Virus record (IMG/VR): IMGVR_UViG_3300009506_000009
Span: 34,894-98,893 of that record
Strand: one strand, 5' to 3'
Source of the DNA: a virus
DNA length: 64,000 bases
The notes below the pieces were generated by a model that saw only the letters and a program-made list of their open reading frames with translations, was not told the origin of the DNA and searched no databases. Positions within the stretch are counted from its first letter, which is position 1; the number at the start of each line of letters is the position of its first letter. A program made the translations under genes and the position numbers. Below, one piece after another: positions 1 through 8,820 of the stretch.

Positions 1-244
1 CTAGACCCCTTCCGAATTGAGTGACCTGGACAGTGGACCTACTTTTGATTGATGAAGGAGATTACAATGTACTTTATCTTTAATCTAAAAGCAACTAGTG
101 GTACTGCACACTATATTAAATGTGAAACCAGACAGGACCTTGAAGATCAGGTTGAATGGGCAATGAATCGAGAAGTTGCCTTCTTTGTTTCCCCTGATCT
201 TGAAACCGTTCGCAGGGTTGCGGGTGTTGAATTAGAAGAGTTTT

Positions 245-451
245 AGATTGACCAGAGAACTCGTCGCTGTACGGCAGTGCCGTATAGAGGAACTTCAGGA
301 CTCCACTGCTAGAGGAAGGAGGCTAACGCCGATTGCACTTCCGAGGGAGCAAGCCAAACAGACCTAGCTGGAAAGCAGGGCAATGATGGTCGGGTTGGTG
401 CATAGGTAGATGACGAGATAGAACAGAATCCTGGGTAAGCTCAGTCAATCT
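245..451 (+). ncRNA. rnpB: RNase P RNA, minimal form (catalytic domain, ~35-nt residual S-domain, no P18)
   Basis: P1 AGATTGAC/GTCAATCT (245-252/444-451); P2 CTCGTCG/TGACGAG; P3 hairpin 267-287; CR-I GAGGAACTTCAGGACTCC; P5 CTCC/GGAG followed by CAAGCCAAA; P15/P16 with GGGT loop; CR-V AACAGAATCCTGGGTAA pairs CR-I to form P4 with bulged U. Confidence 0.9.
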
Positions 452-456
452 TTCAC

Positions 457-528
457 TGACATGTGGTATAATGGTATTATGTCCGGCTGTTAACCGGAAC
501 GATGTAGGTTCGAATCCTACCGTGTCAG
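457..528 (+). tRNA. tRNA-Asn(GTT)
   Basis: Cloverleaf; anticodon arm TCCGG-CTGTTAA-CCGGA; T-loop TTCGAAT; followed by CCT. Confidence 0.95.
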
Positions 529-543
529 CCTTTAGGAGGAACC

Positions 544-894
544 ATGGCGAAAGATCGAAACATCAGAAAGAAGACCCGCTTCAACCCATACAAGAGTTGG
601 GAAGGCGACTGTGAGAGCTTCTCAGATGCTAGTCGTCGCCAGTTTGCCGAAGAACAAGTGGACCCCCCACGCAATAGACATATTAGAAAAAAGAAGAAAC
701 TGATCTTCATTATGGCTACAGCCTATGGTACCCCAAAGTGGTACATGCCAAAGGGTGCCTGGAGAATAGGCAAGTATGAGAAGATGCGGGATGCTGAAAA
801 GGCTCTGGAGACCATGCAGAATAAACGCTGGCCTGGAGACTTCTACGAATTGAGAATCGAAGACAGGAGACCTGAGAGTGAAAAGACTGCGTAG
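544..894 (+). CDS. hypothetical basic protein
   Basis: ORF with AGGAGG RBS. Confidence 0.6.
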   Translation: MAKDRNIRKKTRFNPYKSWEGDCESFSDASRRQFAEEQVDPPRNRHIRKKKKLIFIMATAYGTPKWYMPKGAWRIGKYEKMRDAEKALETMQNKRWPGDFYELRIEDRRPESEKTA

Positions 895-1927
895 CTTTTT
901 AATTGGGATTGTAATCGGGCTGATCGTTGTGTATCTACTTTCATCCTGTAAGCCAGAAGAAGAGATCAAATCTATCCCACAGACTCTACCAAGGCAGTAC
1001 CAAGTAATCCTTCCATTAGCGATGAAGAATTATAGAGTTCCTACTATCGTTGCTGTTGAAGCAGAGACTCCTGCTGATCCCAATCAATACCTATGGATGG
1101 GGGATATTCTAAAAGTGTCATGTGGTGCTGAGAATACTGAACGGTATGGTATGTCGTACTGTACTGACAAGGTTAAAGGGTTCCCGGATGGAACACACAT
1201 CTGGTTACAGTTAAAGCAGGGACACTCCTGGTGGGTTACTCCAGCATGTAGACCTATACCAGAGAAGTATTGGGATGCCTGGGTTGAGCAGTTTGCTCTT
1301 GTTGTGATCCAGGAAATGGAAGACATTCTTGGTCCAGATGCAGTTTGGTATCTGTCGTATACAAATGAACCAGATACTTCTTTTGCAGGTTTGGGTGAGT
1401 GGCTCGGGTGTTGGGGTGAGACCTTTGAAGAAGGTCAATATTATGCTCAGTTCGCAAATCATGTAATCCCACAAATCCGGGCACGATATCCACATATTAG
1501 GCATGTTGTAGGTGAGTTTATTAATTATGGGTTGCCTTTTGCAGAGGGTGTAGCATCAACAATTACAGAGGCTGATGTTATCTCTTTTCATAGTTATAGT
1601 GGATGTGGCTGGAGCACAACAGGACTTGTTGAGCGTAAGATAGCTTGGTTCACAGAAAACTTTCCTGGTTTTCCCTTAGCTTTATCTGAGACAGGAATGA
1701 CCTATGATACCCCATCGGATGAATGTGATCTTCAGCAAGCAGAGTATGTAAAGTTTGTAACCAGCGATATTGATGTAGAAGCAGTGGGTTTATATACAGG
1801 CTGGCCTAACGGTTGGAAAAATACAGACTTGACAAGGTTTGATAAAGATGGTAAAATTGAACTTAAGCCGTCATATTTTGTTTACGAGTCACTACAGATA
1901 TCCAAGGGATGGGAACCTTGGAGATAA
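878..1927 (+). CDS. lipoprotein with clan GH-A glycoside hydrolase-like domain
   Basis: Signal peptide ending LLSSC; TNEPD acid/base motif, FHSY, LSETG nucleophile motif; VILPLAMKN motif. Confidence 0.65.
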   Translation: MKRLRSFLIGIVIGLIVVYLLSSCKPEEEIKSIPQTLPRQYQVILPLAMKNYRVPTIVAVEAETPADPNQYLWMGDILKVSCGAENTERYGMSYCTDKVKGFPDGTHIWLQLKQGHSWWVTPACRPIPEKYWDAWVEQFALVVIQEMEDILGPDAVWYLSYTNEPDTSFAGLGEWLGCWGETFEEGQYYAQFANHVIPQIRARYPHIRHVVGEFINYGLPFAEGVASTITEADVISFHSYSGCGWSTTGLVERKIAWFTENFPGFPLALSETGMTYDTPSDECDLQQAEYVKFVTSDIDVEAVGLYTGWPNGWKNTDLTRFDKDGKIELKPSYFVYESLQISKGWEPWR

Positions 1928-1932
1928 ATAAT

Positions 1933-2004
1933 TGCCCTGTCGTACAACTGGCAGTATGCCTGACTCTGACTCAGGTGATCTAGGTTCAAATCCTAGCGGG
2001 GCGG
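1933..2004 (+). tRNA. tRNA-Gln(CTG)
   Basis: Anticodon arm CCTGA-CTCTGAC-TCAGG; T-loop TTCAAAT. Confidence 0.93.
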
Positions 2005-2007
2005 CTA

Positions 2008-2134
2008 GTGTATATAAGGTTCGTTACTAAGACGTATGCAGTGGAAGGTTGTTGGAGTTGCGTCCAAGAGGAAGCCTTTATCCGGGCACGTCGGGATACG
2101 GCATTCCACAAACCTCACTTCGAAGTATATACAC
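2008..2134 (+). ncRNA. putative structured RNA of unknown class
   Basis: Closing stem GTGTATATA/TATATACAC, nested AGGTT/AACCT and GTGGAA/TTCCAC, internal hairpins; no ORF. Confidence 0.5.
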
Positions 2135-2136
2135 AA

Positions 2137-2233
2137 ACAGGCTAATAAAGGCAAGTCTCGATTGAGACAGGAACTGTATGGTAGCCACTACACACCGTAG
2201 ACCCGGAGACTCCCTCACCTTGCCTTGGCCTGT
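2137..2233 (+). ncRNA. putative structured RNA of unknown class
   Basis: Closing stems ACAGGCT/GGCCTGT and AAGGCAA/TTGCCTT; ends 7 nt before tRNA-His. Confidence 0.45.
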
Positions 2234-2240
2234 ATAACAT

Positions 2241-2314
2241 GGAGCCTATAGTATAACGGTTCAACATTCCTGACTGTGGATCAGGAGATACGGGTTCGAA
2301 TCCCGTTAGGCTCC
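2241..2314 (+). tRNA. tRNA-His(GTG), G-1 encoded
   Basis: Anticodon arm CCTGA-CTGTGGA-TCAGG; G-1:C73 pair. Confidence 0.95.
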
Positions 2315-2499
2315 CAAGGAGTTACAATGAGTAAATATCAGATCGAAGAAAACCCAGGTGATCTGCCTACAGTATTGATGGTTGGTACCTTTAGCATTGA
2401 TCAGCTTCAAGAGATTATTGCTGAGATGGAAGACTTGTATGCTTCCCAGGATACTGACTTTACTGATGAGATTGTTTCTCAGATGATGGAGGATCGCTA

Positions 2500-2910
2500 A
2501 TGGCAGTTCTCGTAGGCAAGAATGCTGTAATCACCATTGACAACTCCAAACCGTTTTATACCACTGAGTTTGACTTGACGCCTATCAAGTATGTCAAAGA
2601 TGCTCTTCCAGAAGTTAGCATCACTGCTAATTTTGATGGTCTTGGTCCTTCATTAGACCTGTTCAGTTATGCTCAATACCATACAACCACGTTGTATTAC
2701 GAGACTGGAACATATTGGTTCTGCCACCGCAACAAGATGGAAGTATATACACGTGGTATGACAGTACTTGATAATACAGTTAGTATTGACTTCGAAGTTG
2801 TTCCTGGATCAGAAGTTGACCTAACAAACTATAGCTGGATTGCACGCTTCCTACGTTTCGTGTTTCGCCACAAAATGGGAAGAGTGGCAATTGAATACTT
2901 TACGAGGTGA
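2500..2910 (+). CDS. hypothetical protein
   Basis: ORF with GGAGG RBS, coupled to neighbours. Confidence 0.55.
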   Translation: MAVLVGKNAVITIDNSKPFYTTEFDLTPIKYVKDALPEVSITANFDGLGPSLDLFSYAQYHTTTLYYETGTYWFCHRNKMEVYTRGMTVLDNTVSIDFEVVPGSEVDLTNYSWIARFLRFVFRHKMGRVAIEYFTR

Positions 2911-3185
2911 GTATGCCTGTTATCTGGAAGTATGATCTTAGTGAAGTAGAGAGGCTAACGTATGTAGACATTCCAGGTCTGATACAGGTTTTGTCCGTTG
3001 GCACTCAGGATGATCAACCAGTTGTATGGGTTATGTGCCAGCCAAAAGAGCCAACGAAAAGGTACTTATTCTGGTATGCTCAAACAGGCCGTCCGTTTGA
3101 TCCAGACAAAGGTCTAAAGTATATTAATACAACTCAACACATGGGCGGTTTGTATGTAGCTCATTGGTTTTATATGCGGGTGTGA
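2907..3185 (+). CDS. hypothetical phage protein
   Basis: ORF; its last codons overlap tRNA-Gly. Confidence 0.55.
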   Translation: MSMPVIWKYDLSEVERLTYVDIPGLIQVLSVGTQDDQPVVWVMCQPKEPTKRYLFWYAQTGRPFDPDKGLKYINTTQHMGGLYVAHWFYMRV

Positions 3186-3246
3186 TGTAATGGTAACGTG
3201 CCGTCCTTCCAAGTCGGTCTTCGGAGTTCGAGTCTCCGCACCCGCA
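3176..3246 (+). tRNA. tRNA-Gly(TCC)
   Basis: GCGGGTG/CACCCGC acceptor; loop CTTCCAA; discriminator A. Confidence 0.92.
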
Positions 3247-3302
3247 CTTTTCATGTAATGATAATACCCCTTAGGAGGCACTATCACTACACAAAACATC
3301 AT

Positions 3303-3373
3303 GCGGTATTAGTTTAGGGGTAAAACGAGTGCTTGCCAAGTACTAGTCAGCAGTTCAAATCTGCTATACCGCT
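3303..3373 (+). tRNA. tRNA-Gly(GCC)
   Basis: GCGGTAT/ATACCGC acceptor; loop TTGCCAA. Confidence 0.92.
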
Positions 3374-3401
3374 CTGGTAACCATTAGACAGGAGAGAGGA
3401 T

Positions 3402-3674
3402 ATGTCTGAAAAAGTGTTTGTTTTGGTGAGTGAAGAAGGGGATGTGTATGGTGTGTTCAAAGATAAGGAAAATCTTGAATGGGAAATCCTGCGAGCCGCA
3501 ATGGACGGGTATGACCGGGACCCGGAACTACCATCGCCAGAGTTTGCATCCTTCTGTCTGATCCCGAACTACTATTCAGAAAACTCATATGGAGTTTACG
3601 TTGCAGGTATGGGAAAACACCCTGAGCCTTTCCTTTGGGATGTTGTTTATCTAGAAGAGAGCACACTCTATTAA
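3402..3674 (+). CDS. hypothetical protein
   Basis: ORF with GAGG RBS. Confidence 0.55.
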   Translation: MSEKVFVLVSEEGDVYGVFKDKENLEWEILRAAMDGYDRDPELPSPEFASFCLIPNYYSENSYGVYVAGMGKHPEPFLWDVVYLEESTLY

Positions 3675-3675
3675 T

Positions 3676-3747
3676 GCCCTGGTAGTCGAGCGGATAAGAC
3701 GCTACCCTGCGAAGGTAGAAGCGAAGGTTCGAGTCCTTCCTGGGGCA
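3676..3747 (+). tRNA. tRNA-Arg(GCG)
   Basis: Anticodon arm CTACC-CTGCGAA-GGTAG; T-loop TTCGAGT. Confidence 0.92.
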
Positions 3748-3748
3748 C

Positions 3749-3777
3749 TTGACAACTTCCGGCTCGTATGGTAAAAT
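3749..3777 (+). promoter_or_regulatory. sigma70/SigA promoter with extended -10
   Basis: TTGACA-17-(TGG)TAAAAT. Confidence 0.8.
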
Positions 3778-3783
3778 ACTTTT

Positions 3784-3833
3784 GCCGGGTTGGGGAAACT
3801 CTGGAGCGAGTCACTCCACCCCTCCCGGCTCCA
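3784..3833 (+). ncRNA. 50-nt minihelix-like RNA ending in UCCA
   Basis: Starts 7 nt after the -10; GCCGGG/CCCGGC-T-CCA, GGGG/CCCC, TGGAG-7-CTCCA. Confidence 0.45.
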
Positions 3834-3836
3834 CGA

Positions 3837-4085
3837 TATGGCGCAGATACCGAACGGTCAGAGTATTCTTGTATCATCTGTGGTTGGAATGAGATTAGTC
3901 CATCACTAGGATATTCTCCCCTACAAATAGACCATATCAACGGAGATTGGACGGATAACTCTCCAAAAAATCTTAGAGTTATATGTCCTAATTGTCACAG
4001 CCTCACGCCAACATACGGTTCTCAGAATACAACAATAGAGAAAAACGCAAGAGGTAGAGGCTTACAAAGAGAGTACAAGGGGTAA
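3837..4085 (+). pseudogene. HNH endonuclease, probably N-terminally truncated
   Basis: CIICGW...LQIDHINGDWTDNSPKNLRVICPNCHS; the ORF-track ATG (3768) lies inside the promoter and no RBS is evident. Confidence 0.7.
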
Positions 4086-4148
4086 GAGCCATATGGAGAG
4101 GCTACGGTCTGCAAAACCGTTTAAGGAGTTCGATTCTCCATTACCCCT
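4079..4148 (+). tRNA. tRNA-Cys(GCA)
   Basis: Anticodon arm ACGGT-CTGCAAA-ACCGT; U73. Confidence 0.9.
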
Positions 4149-4725
4149 CTGGAGAAACTATGTGGTTAAACTTAAAGCTCTGGTTAGAAGAATGGTGGAT
4201 ACTAATGTATAATTGGTATCGCTTAAAGAAGATCAACTACTTGATGTGGAAGCTTGATCGTCTAATGAAAAAGCATATTGTGGTTGAAGGTGACTTTAAA
4301 GTGAGTGAAGAACAGGAGAGTAGTAATGAGTCGAAGCAATAAAGAAATCAAACGGTTGGTGTCTGATGCGGCCTTGATAGTTGCTGGAATGGTTTTGTTT
4401 GTGTATGGTTTTGTGTCCAAAGACCCGTATGTGGCTTTTGGCGGGGCTGTTTGTTTTATTGTGGGGTTAATATAGTGTGCCTATATCGACTCCCACTTGC
4501 GTCTCTAGGAGTTTAGTAATGGCAGGAGAAAATATAGAACTAGGGTTGACGTGCATTAACGATGAGTTTCAGGATGCAGATGCGGTTGCCTTTGAAGACG
4601 ATCATGGTTTGCTTATTAGCTTATCCCACGATACGTACATCCGAATTGAGCCACAGGTGTTCCCAAAGCTGATCGCACTGATGGCAGAAACAATGGATGG
4701 GATGGTAGCCTTTTAATAATCGTAT

Positions 4726-4812
4726 GGAGTCGTGACAGAGTACGGTAATGTGCCCGGTTGCTACCCGGAGACCATGGGAAACCATGCGGAGGTTCAAATC
4801 CCCCCGGCTCCG
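4726..4812 (+). tRNA. tRNA-Ser(GCT)
   Basis: Loop TTGCTAC; long variable arm CATGG-GAAA-CCATG; G73. Confidence 0.92.
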
Positions 4813-5000
4813 CTGATGATTGTAGTATGAAGATGTTCGAAACTAACATAAGGAAAATCATGTTTTACTTTAACACTCAGAGCTTATCCATAGCTAAATC
4901 CCAATTGCCACTACTTGTGGAGTTTTTGGTTTGAGTGGATAAGTCTCGATTGATACAATGATTGGACCACCCAGGCCGGATGGTCTTTTTATTTGGAACC

Positions 5001-5029
5001 TTGACAACTGAATAGTAATGTGGTAAACT
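5001..5029 (+). promoter_or_regulatory. sigma70 promoter
   Basis: TTGACA-17-(TGG)TAAACT. Confidence 0.8.
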
Positions 5030-5035
5030 ATACTC

Positions 5036-5128
5036 GTGACGAAAAACAAACTCTTTCTCATTATTGCAATCTGCATCTTTCTAGGTCTCAGCCTGCTAGG
5101 TGCAATCTCATATCTGATGTTTTCTTAG
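5036..5128 (+). CDS. 30-aa single-TM peptide, leaderless
   Basis: GTG 6 nt after the -10; MTKNKLFLIIAICIFLGLSLLGAISYLMFS. Confidence 0.45.
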   Translation: MTKNKLFLIIAICIFLGLSLLGAISYLMFS

Positions 5129-5138
5129 CAATAATATT

Positions 5139-5211
5139 GGAGGCGTAGCGCAAAGGTTAGAGCACCCGTCTCATAAACGGTAGGTTGAGAGTTCGATTCT
5201 CTCCGCCTCCA
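5139..5211 (+). tRNA. tRNA-Met or Ile2 (CAT)
   Basis: Loop CTCATAA; G1-C72 paired, so not an initiator. Confidence 0.9.
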
Positions 5212-5222
5212 CAGGAGTTCTT

Positions 5223-5735
5223 ATGATCATTGGATGTGTATATAGGCTAGAAGCAAGTGGTGATGTGAATGGTATCCCGCTGTTTCTGTATGATAACGGA
5301 AGTACCGTGGATGTCCGTGGTTTCCCTAACATAACGTCTGACGACATGAAGTTCGTGCTCTCATGGGCGTCCAAACCAACGGATGATGATATAGAGATCG
5401 TGTGGAAAAATATCTCAGCACCATACTTTTTGCACCTGTTCCGTGATCAGTATGTATCTGAGGTCCCAATTCAATACGTGCATATTGGTATCTTCAAACA
5501 TCTGGCGTACAAGTATCCGCCAGCAATGGTACAGCACGATGTCACCAGCCAATTAAAATCCCTTGATGCATATTGGTCAAACGTGGCACGGCAGGTTGCT
5601 GGACTAACTAACTTACAACAGTGGACCATGCTTGAGCTTCGTGACCTGAAATATACACCGGAGCAGATTGCTAATGAGCTTGGGATCGATGAAGCTGTTG
5701 TGATCGAGTACTTCAAAACAAACATATTGGTATAG
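5223..5735 (+). CDS. protein with C-terminal HTH (sigma region 4-like)
   Basis: LTNLQQWTMLELRDLKYTPEQIANELGIDEAVV. Confidence 0.55.
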   Translation: MIIGCVYRLEASGDVNGIPLFLYDNGSTVDVRGFPNITSDDMKFVLSWASKPTDDDIEIVWKNISAPYFLHLFRDQYVSEVPIQYVHIGIFKHLAYKYPPAMVQHDVTSQLKSLDAYWSNVARQVAGLTNLQQWTMLELRDLKYTPEQIANELGIDEAVVIEYFKTNILV

Positions 5736-5736
5736 A

Positions 5737-5810
5737 GCCGTCATAGTTTAATGGATAAAACAGACGCCTTTTAAGCGATCAGACTGAGGGTTCGAGTCCT
5801 TCTGGCGGCA
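5737..5810 (+). tRNA. tRNA-Lys(TTT)
   Basis: Loop CTTTTAA; T-loop TTCGAGT. Confidence 0.9.
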
Positions 5811-5831
5811 TAAAAACTATGGAAATCATAA

Positions 5832-6113
5832 ATGCACATTGACAAGTTCAACAGCTACGTGCGTATTCTAAGCACACGTTTTTGGGTAAGACATTGGTAC
5901 AACTTCTATGATGTGCCCCTGTTTACTGACCACAAGCGCACTATGGCGATCAGCCTAATTGACCTTGTTGATCGTAAGAATATGTTTGAAGAAGTCTGTC
6001 GGGACTTAAAGAAAGCCGGGTTTGATGTCCGAGTAAAGCTGGATGCAACTAGCCCCTACCCATATGCGGAGTTGGTTGCGTTTGTAGAAAGAACAGATTG
6101 GCCTATAGTGTAA
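5832..6113 (+). CDS. hypothetical protein
   Basis: ORF; 3' end overlaps tRNA-Gln. Confidence 0.5.
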   Translation: MHIDKFNSYVRILSTRFWVRHWYNFYDVPLFTDHKRTMAISLIDLVDRKNMFEEVCRDLKKAGFDVRVKLDATSPYPYAELVAFVERTDWPIV

Positions 6114-6170
6114 TGGTTATCACGTCTGCCTTTGAAGCAGAAGACCCAGGTTCGAACCCTGGTGGGCCAG
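6099..6170 (+). tRNA. tRNA-Gln(TTG)
   Basis: Anticodon arm TCTGC-CTTTGAA-GCAGA. Confidence 0.93.
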
Positions 6171-6200
6171 CTAACCTATCAATGAGTGAAGGAGATTAAA

Positions 6201-6728
6201 ATGATTAACCCAAATCAAGGAAGCGGTGTGAAAATCCAGATTAACAGTTTAGCGGCATTAGAACGTCTGCTCGGTGATGATGCGAAAATGGAGATCGAAG
6301 TTCGGCAGTCTGTTGTAGAAGCTTTTGCTCGTGGTTTTGTAAAGAACATTGCGAATGCTGATGCTGTTGCTAAGGTTATCGAAGACCTTAAAGACTTTGT
6401 GAAACGGGAAGTTGTGGAAGAGACATCTAACCAGATGGCAATGGCTGGTATTGTCAAGGATGGGTCCTGGTATCAGACGAAGTTGAAACTTACCGATACT
6501 GCTGAAGAGAAGATCGCATCGGAAGTACGTATACAAGTGTATGATAATATACGTAAAGCAATCAGCGAAATGAATATTGATGAGATTGTAACCCGTTATG
6601 TTACGGATGCTATCCGTCGTGAAGTCAACCATCAGGTCAAGGCTATCACCCAATCCACTGTTATGGCATCCCTACAGTTGGCAATGGATCAAGCCTTAGA
6701 TACTGACCCGGTAGATAATGAAGATTAA
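6201..6728 (+). CDS. hypothetical helical protein
   Basis: ORF with AAGGAG RBS before ATG 6201. Confidence 0.6.
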   Translation: MINPNQGSGVKIQINSLAALERLLGDDAKMEIEVRQSVVEAFARGFVKNIANADAVAKVIEDLKDFVKREVVEETSNQMAMAGIVKDGSWYQTKLKLTDTAEEKIASEVRIQVYDNIRKAISEMNIDEIVTRYVTDAIRREVNHQVKAITQSTVMASLQLAMDQALDTDPVDNED

Positions 6729-6852
6729 ACTTACGCTTTACAATGATGATGGTCAGCCTGTTGCATCTGCTACTCTGAAGTCCGGGGTAGTGGATGCCAA
6801 CGGTAATATCTTGACAGAAGAAGCCCTACGAAGTATGGTAGGTAGTATAAAT

Positions 6853-6934
6853 ACCAGCGTGGCGGAACTGGTTTACGCAGAGGACTTAAAACCCTCCGAC
6901 TCCGGTCATGTGGGTTCGACTCCCACCGCTGGTA
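6853..6934 (+). tRNA. tRNA-Leu(TAA)
   Basis: Loop CTTAAAA; variable arm; ACCAGCG/CGCTGGT acceptor. Confidence 0.92.
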
Positions 6935-6946
6935 CAAAGGATTAGC

Positions 6947-7378
6947 ATGGACATTCTCGAAGTGCAGTATGGTATCATCGTCCATCAGGTAAACTTACAA
7001 GGTAAGATGGGTGCTGGTCTTGCAAAGCAAGTCAAAGAAACGTACCCACTCAATTATGAGAAATACCTGGAAGATTATCATGTACGTGTCCTTGGGGATG
7101 TCTTGGTTGTGACTGTAAAAAAGAACCTTCACATTGCTAACCTGTATGGACAAGAGAGCGTTGGTGCAGGTCTCCAAACAGATTATACCGCTATAGCAAC
7201 AGGTCTCGACTTGATTGCTCATTGGTCTGAGCATGCACAGCTTCCTGTATATATTCCAGAGAAGATGGGATGCGGCCTCGGTGGTGGAAACTGGAATGCA
7301 ATCAAAGCGATTATTAAAGATACAATTCCGTATGCCTGGATCGTTTCTTTAGAAAGGTCTACACCGTATAGATTATGA
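6947..7378 (+). CDS. macrodomain (ADP-ribose processing) protein
   Basis: HQVNLQGKMGAGLAKQVKETYP and KMGCGLGGGNW motifs. Confidence 0.85.
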   Translation: MDILEVQYGIIVHQVNLQGKMGAGLAKQVKETYPLNYEKYLEDYHVRVLGDVLVVTVKKNLHIANLYGQESVGAGLQTDYTAIATGLDLIAHWSEHAQLPVYIPEKMGCGLGGGNWNAIKAIIKDTIPYAWIVSLERSTPYRL

Positions 7379-7845
7379 CTCCTATACCACAACCTGCTAA
7401 CTTGTCGTACATTGTAGGTTCTCACTTTAACCATATTGAAGTATGTACTGCATTCCCACGCACACGAGAAGATATCTCCAGGATGTCTTGTGGTCACATT
7501 TCGGTAGAGAGTGTAACGTATGATGATAGGCCAGATGGCACAGTTATGTGGGTAAAACCTGGAACAGCAGGAGATATTATTAGAAGCGGTACTGTTACAT
7601 ACTTTGCAATCTGTGACAGTCACAGTACACCTATCCTGGTAAATACATTCACACAGAAGTTTCAATTGCAGGAAGGTTGCATCTTTACATTGGCTCCGTT
7701 TGATGTTACTTTGGCTCCAACAGATGTAGTGGTAGGCACGTATCCATACAACGATTCGGGCCTAAACGAAATAGAGTGCATCTACTGTGGACAACCAAGG
7801 CGTCCAAATATACCGTGCCCACATTGTGGTGGGCGCATAGACTAG
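7375..7845 (+). CDS. hypothetical protein with C-terminal Zn ribbon
   Basis: CIYCG...CPHCGG. Confidence 0.5.
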   Translation: MTPIPQPANLSYIVGSHFNHIEVCTAFPRTREDISRMSCGHISVESVTYDDRPDGTVMWVKPGTAGDIIRSGTVTYFAICDSHSTPILVNTFTQKFQLQEGCIFTLAPFDVTLAPTDVVVGTYPYNDSGLNEIECIYCGQPRRPNIPCPHCGGRID

Positions 7846-7926
7846 CCAGCATGGTGGAATTGGCAGACACAGTGTCCTCAAAAGGCACCGGGTAAAACCG
7901 TGAGAGTTCGACTCTCTCTGCTGGCA
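7845..7926 (+). tRNA. tRNA-Leu(CAA)
   Basis: Anticodon arm GTGTC-CTCAAAA-GGCAC; variable arm. Confidence 0.93.
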
Positions 7927-8820
7927 CAAAGGATCAACATGCTTCCAACACAGATTTATGATCTTGAGATTGACGTACAAGGGGTCTTCACCATGACAGG
8001 CAACTCCCCTATCCCTATTGTGGTTGGTCATATTTTCATTACATCTACTGGTATGATTGTTCGCATTACTGAGGTTGAGATAGATTTTGACACAAGAAAG
8101 ATTATGTGTAAAGCAATGTCCAACCTAATCACGTTTACAGAAATTGAAAATGGTTCAGCCTATAACTGATAAGAGAGTAGAGTGGTACTATATTTACCTA
8201 CCAGAATTAGGAACCAACCCATTAACCATATCCCTGTTATCCCGAAGAGCCGTCCCAGGATTGTTCCTAGGTTTTGATAACAGGGTTTATTTGTATTCAG
8301 AGGTTGTAGATATTAGTAACCCGCACCATCCATACATCGTATGTACACATGTTGATGGTGATCTAAAATATTTAAATGTGGAGGCCACACGTGCGAGTCA
8401 TTTACAAAGGACGGGTGATCGGGGAGTGCCCCGACGAACACAGATCAGGAGAAACTGTGCAATTAGCTGGATCGGATTACGTAATTTTATACGTAGACAA
8501 GCTAAACGATTTAGTAGCTATAGTTCAAAAGGTAGAGTGATAAATGAAGAAAGCACCTGCATACTGTTATGGAACTAGAGATGGGACCTATCTTGTTATC
8601 CGGGATTGGGGGCACGCTAGGATTGTTCCTGCTGAGGAGGCGTTGGATGGGAGGCATATTCTTCTTGTATATACCGCACTTGGGACTGCGAAGAAGGCCC
8701 TATCCTCCAGAGTAATATATCCTTTTTATCAAGACGGTAACCGTTGGCATTATAAGAATGACGGCAGTACGCCGTTGGTAACAAAGGAGCTACTTGTGAT
8801 CTTACCTCTAAAACTGACCC

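Noticed and set aside
457-7926. tRNA-associated HDV-like (theta) ribozymes
   Set aside because: No nested double-pseudoknot pattern was recognisable directly 3' of any tRNA by eye; a motif search would be needed to exclude it.
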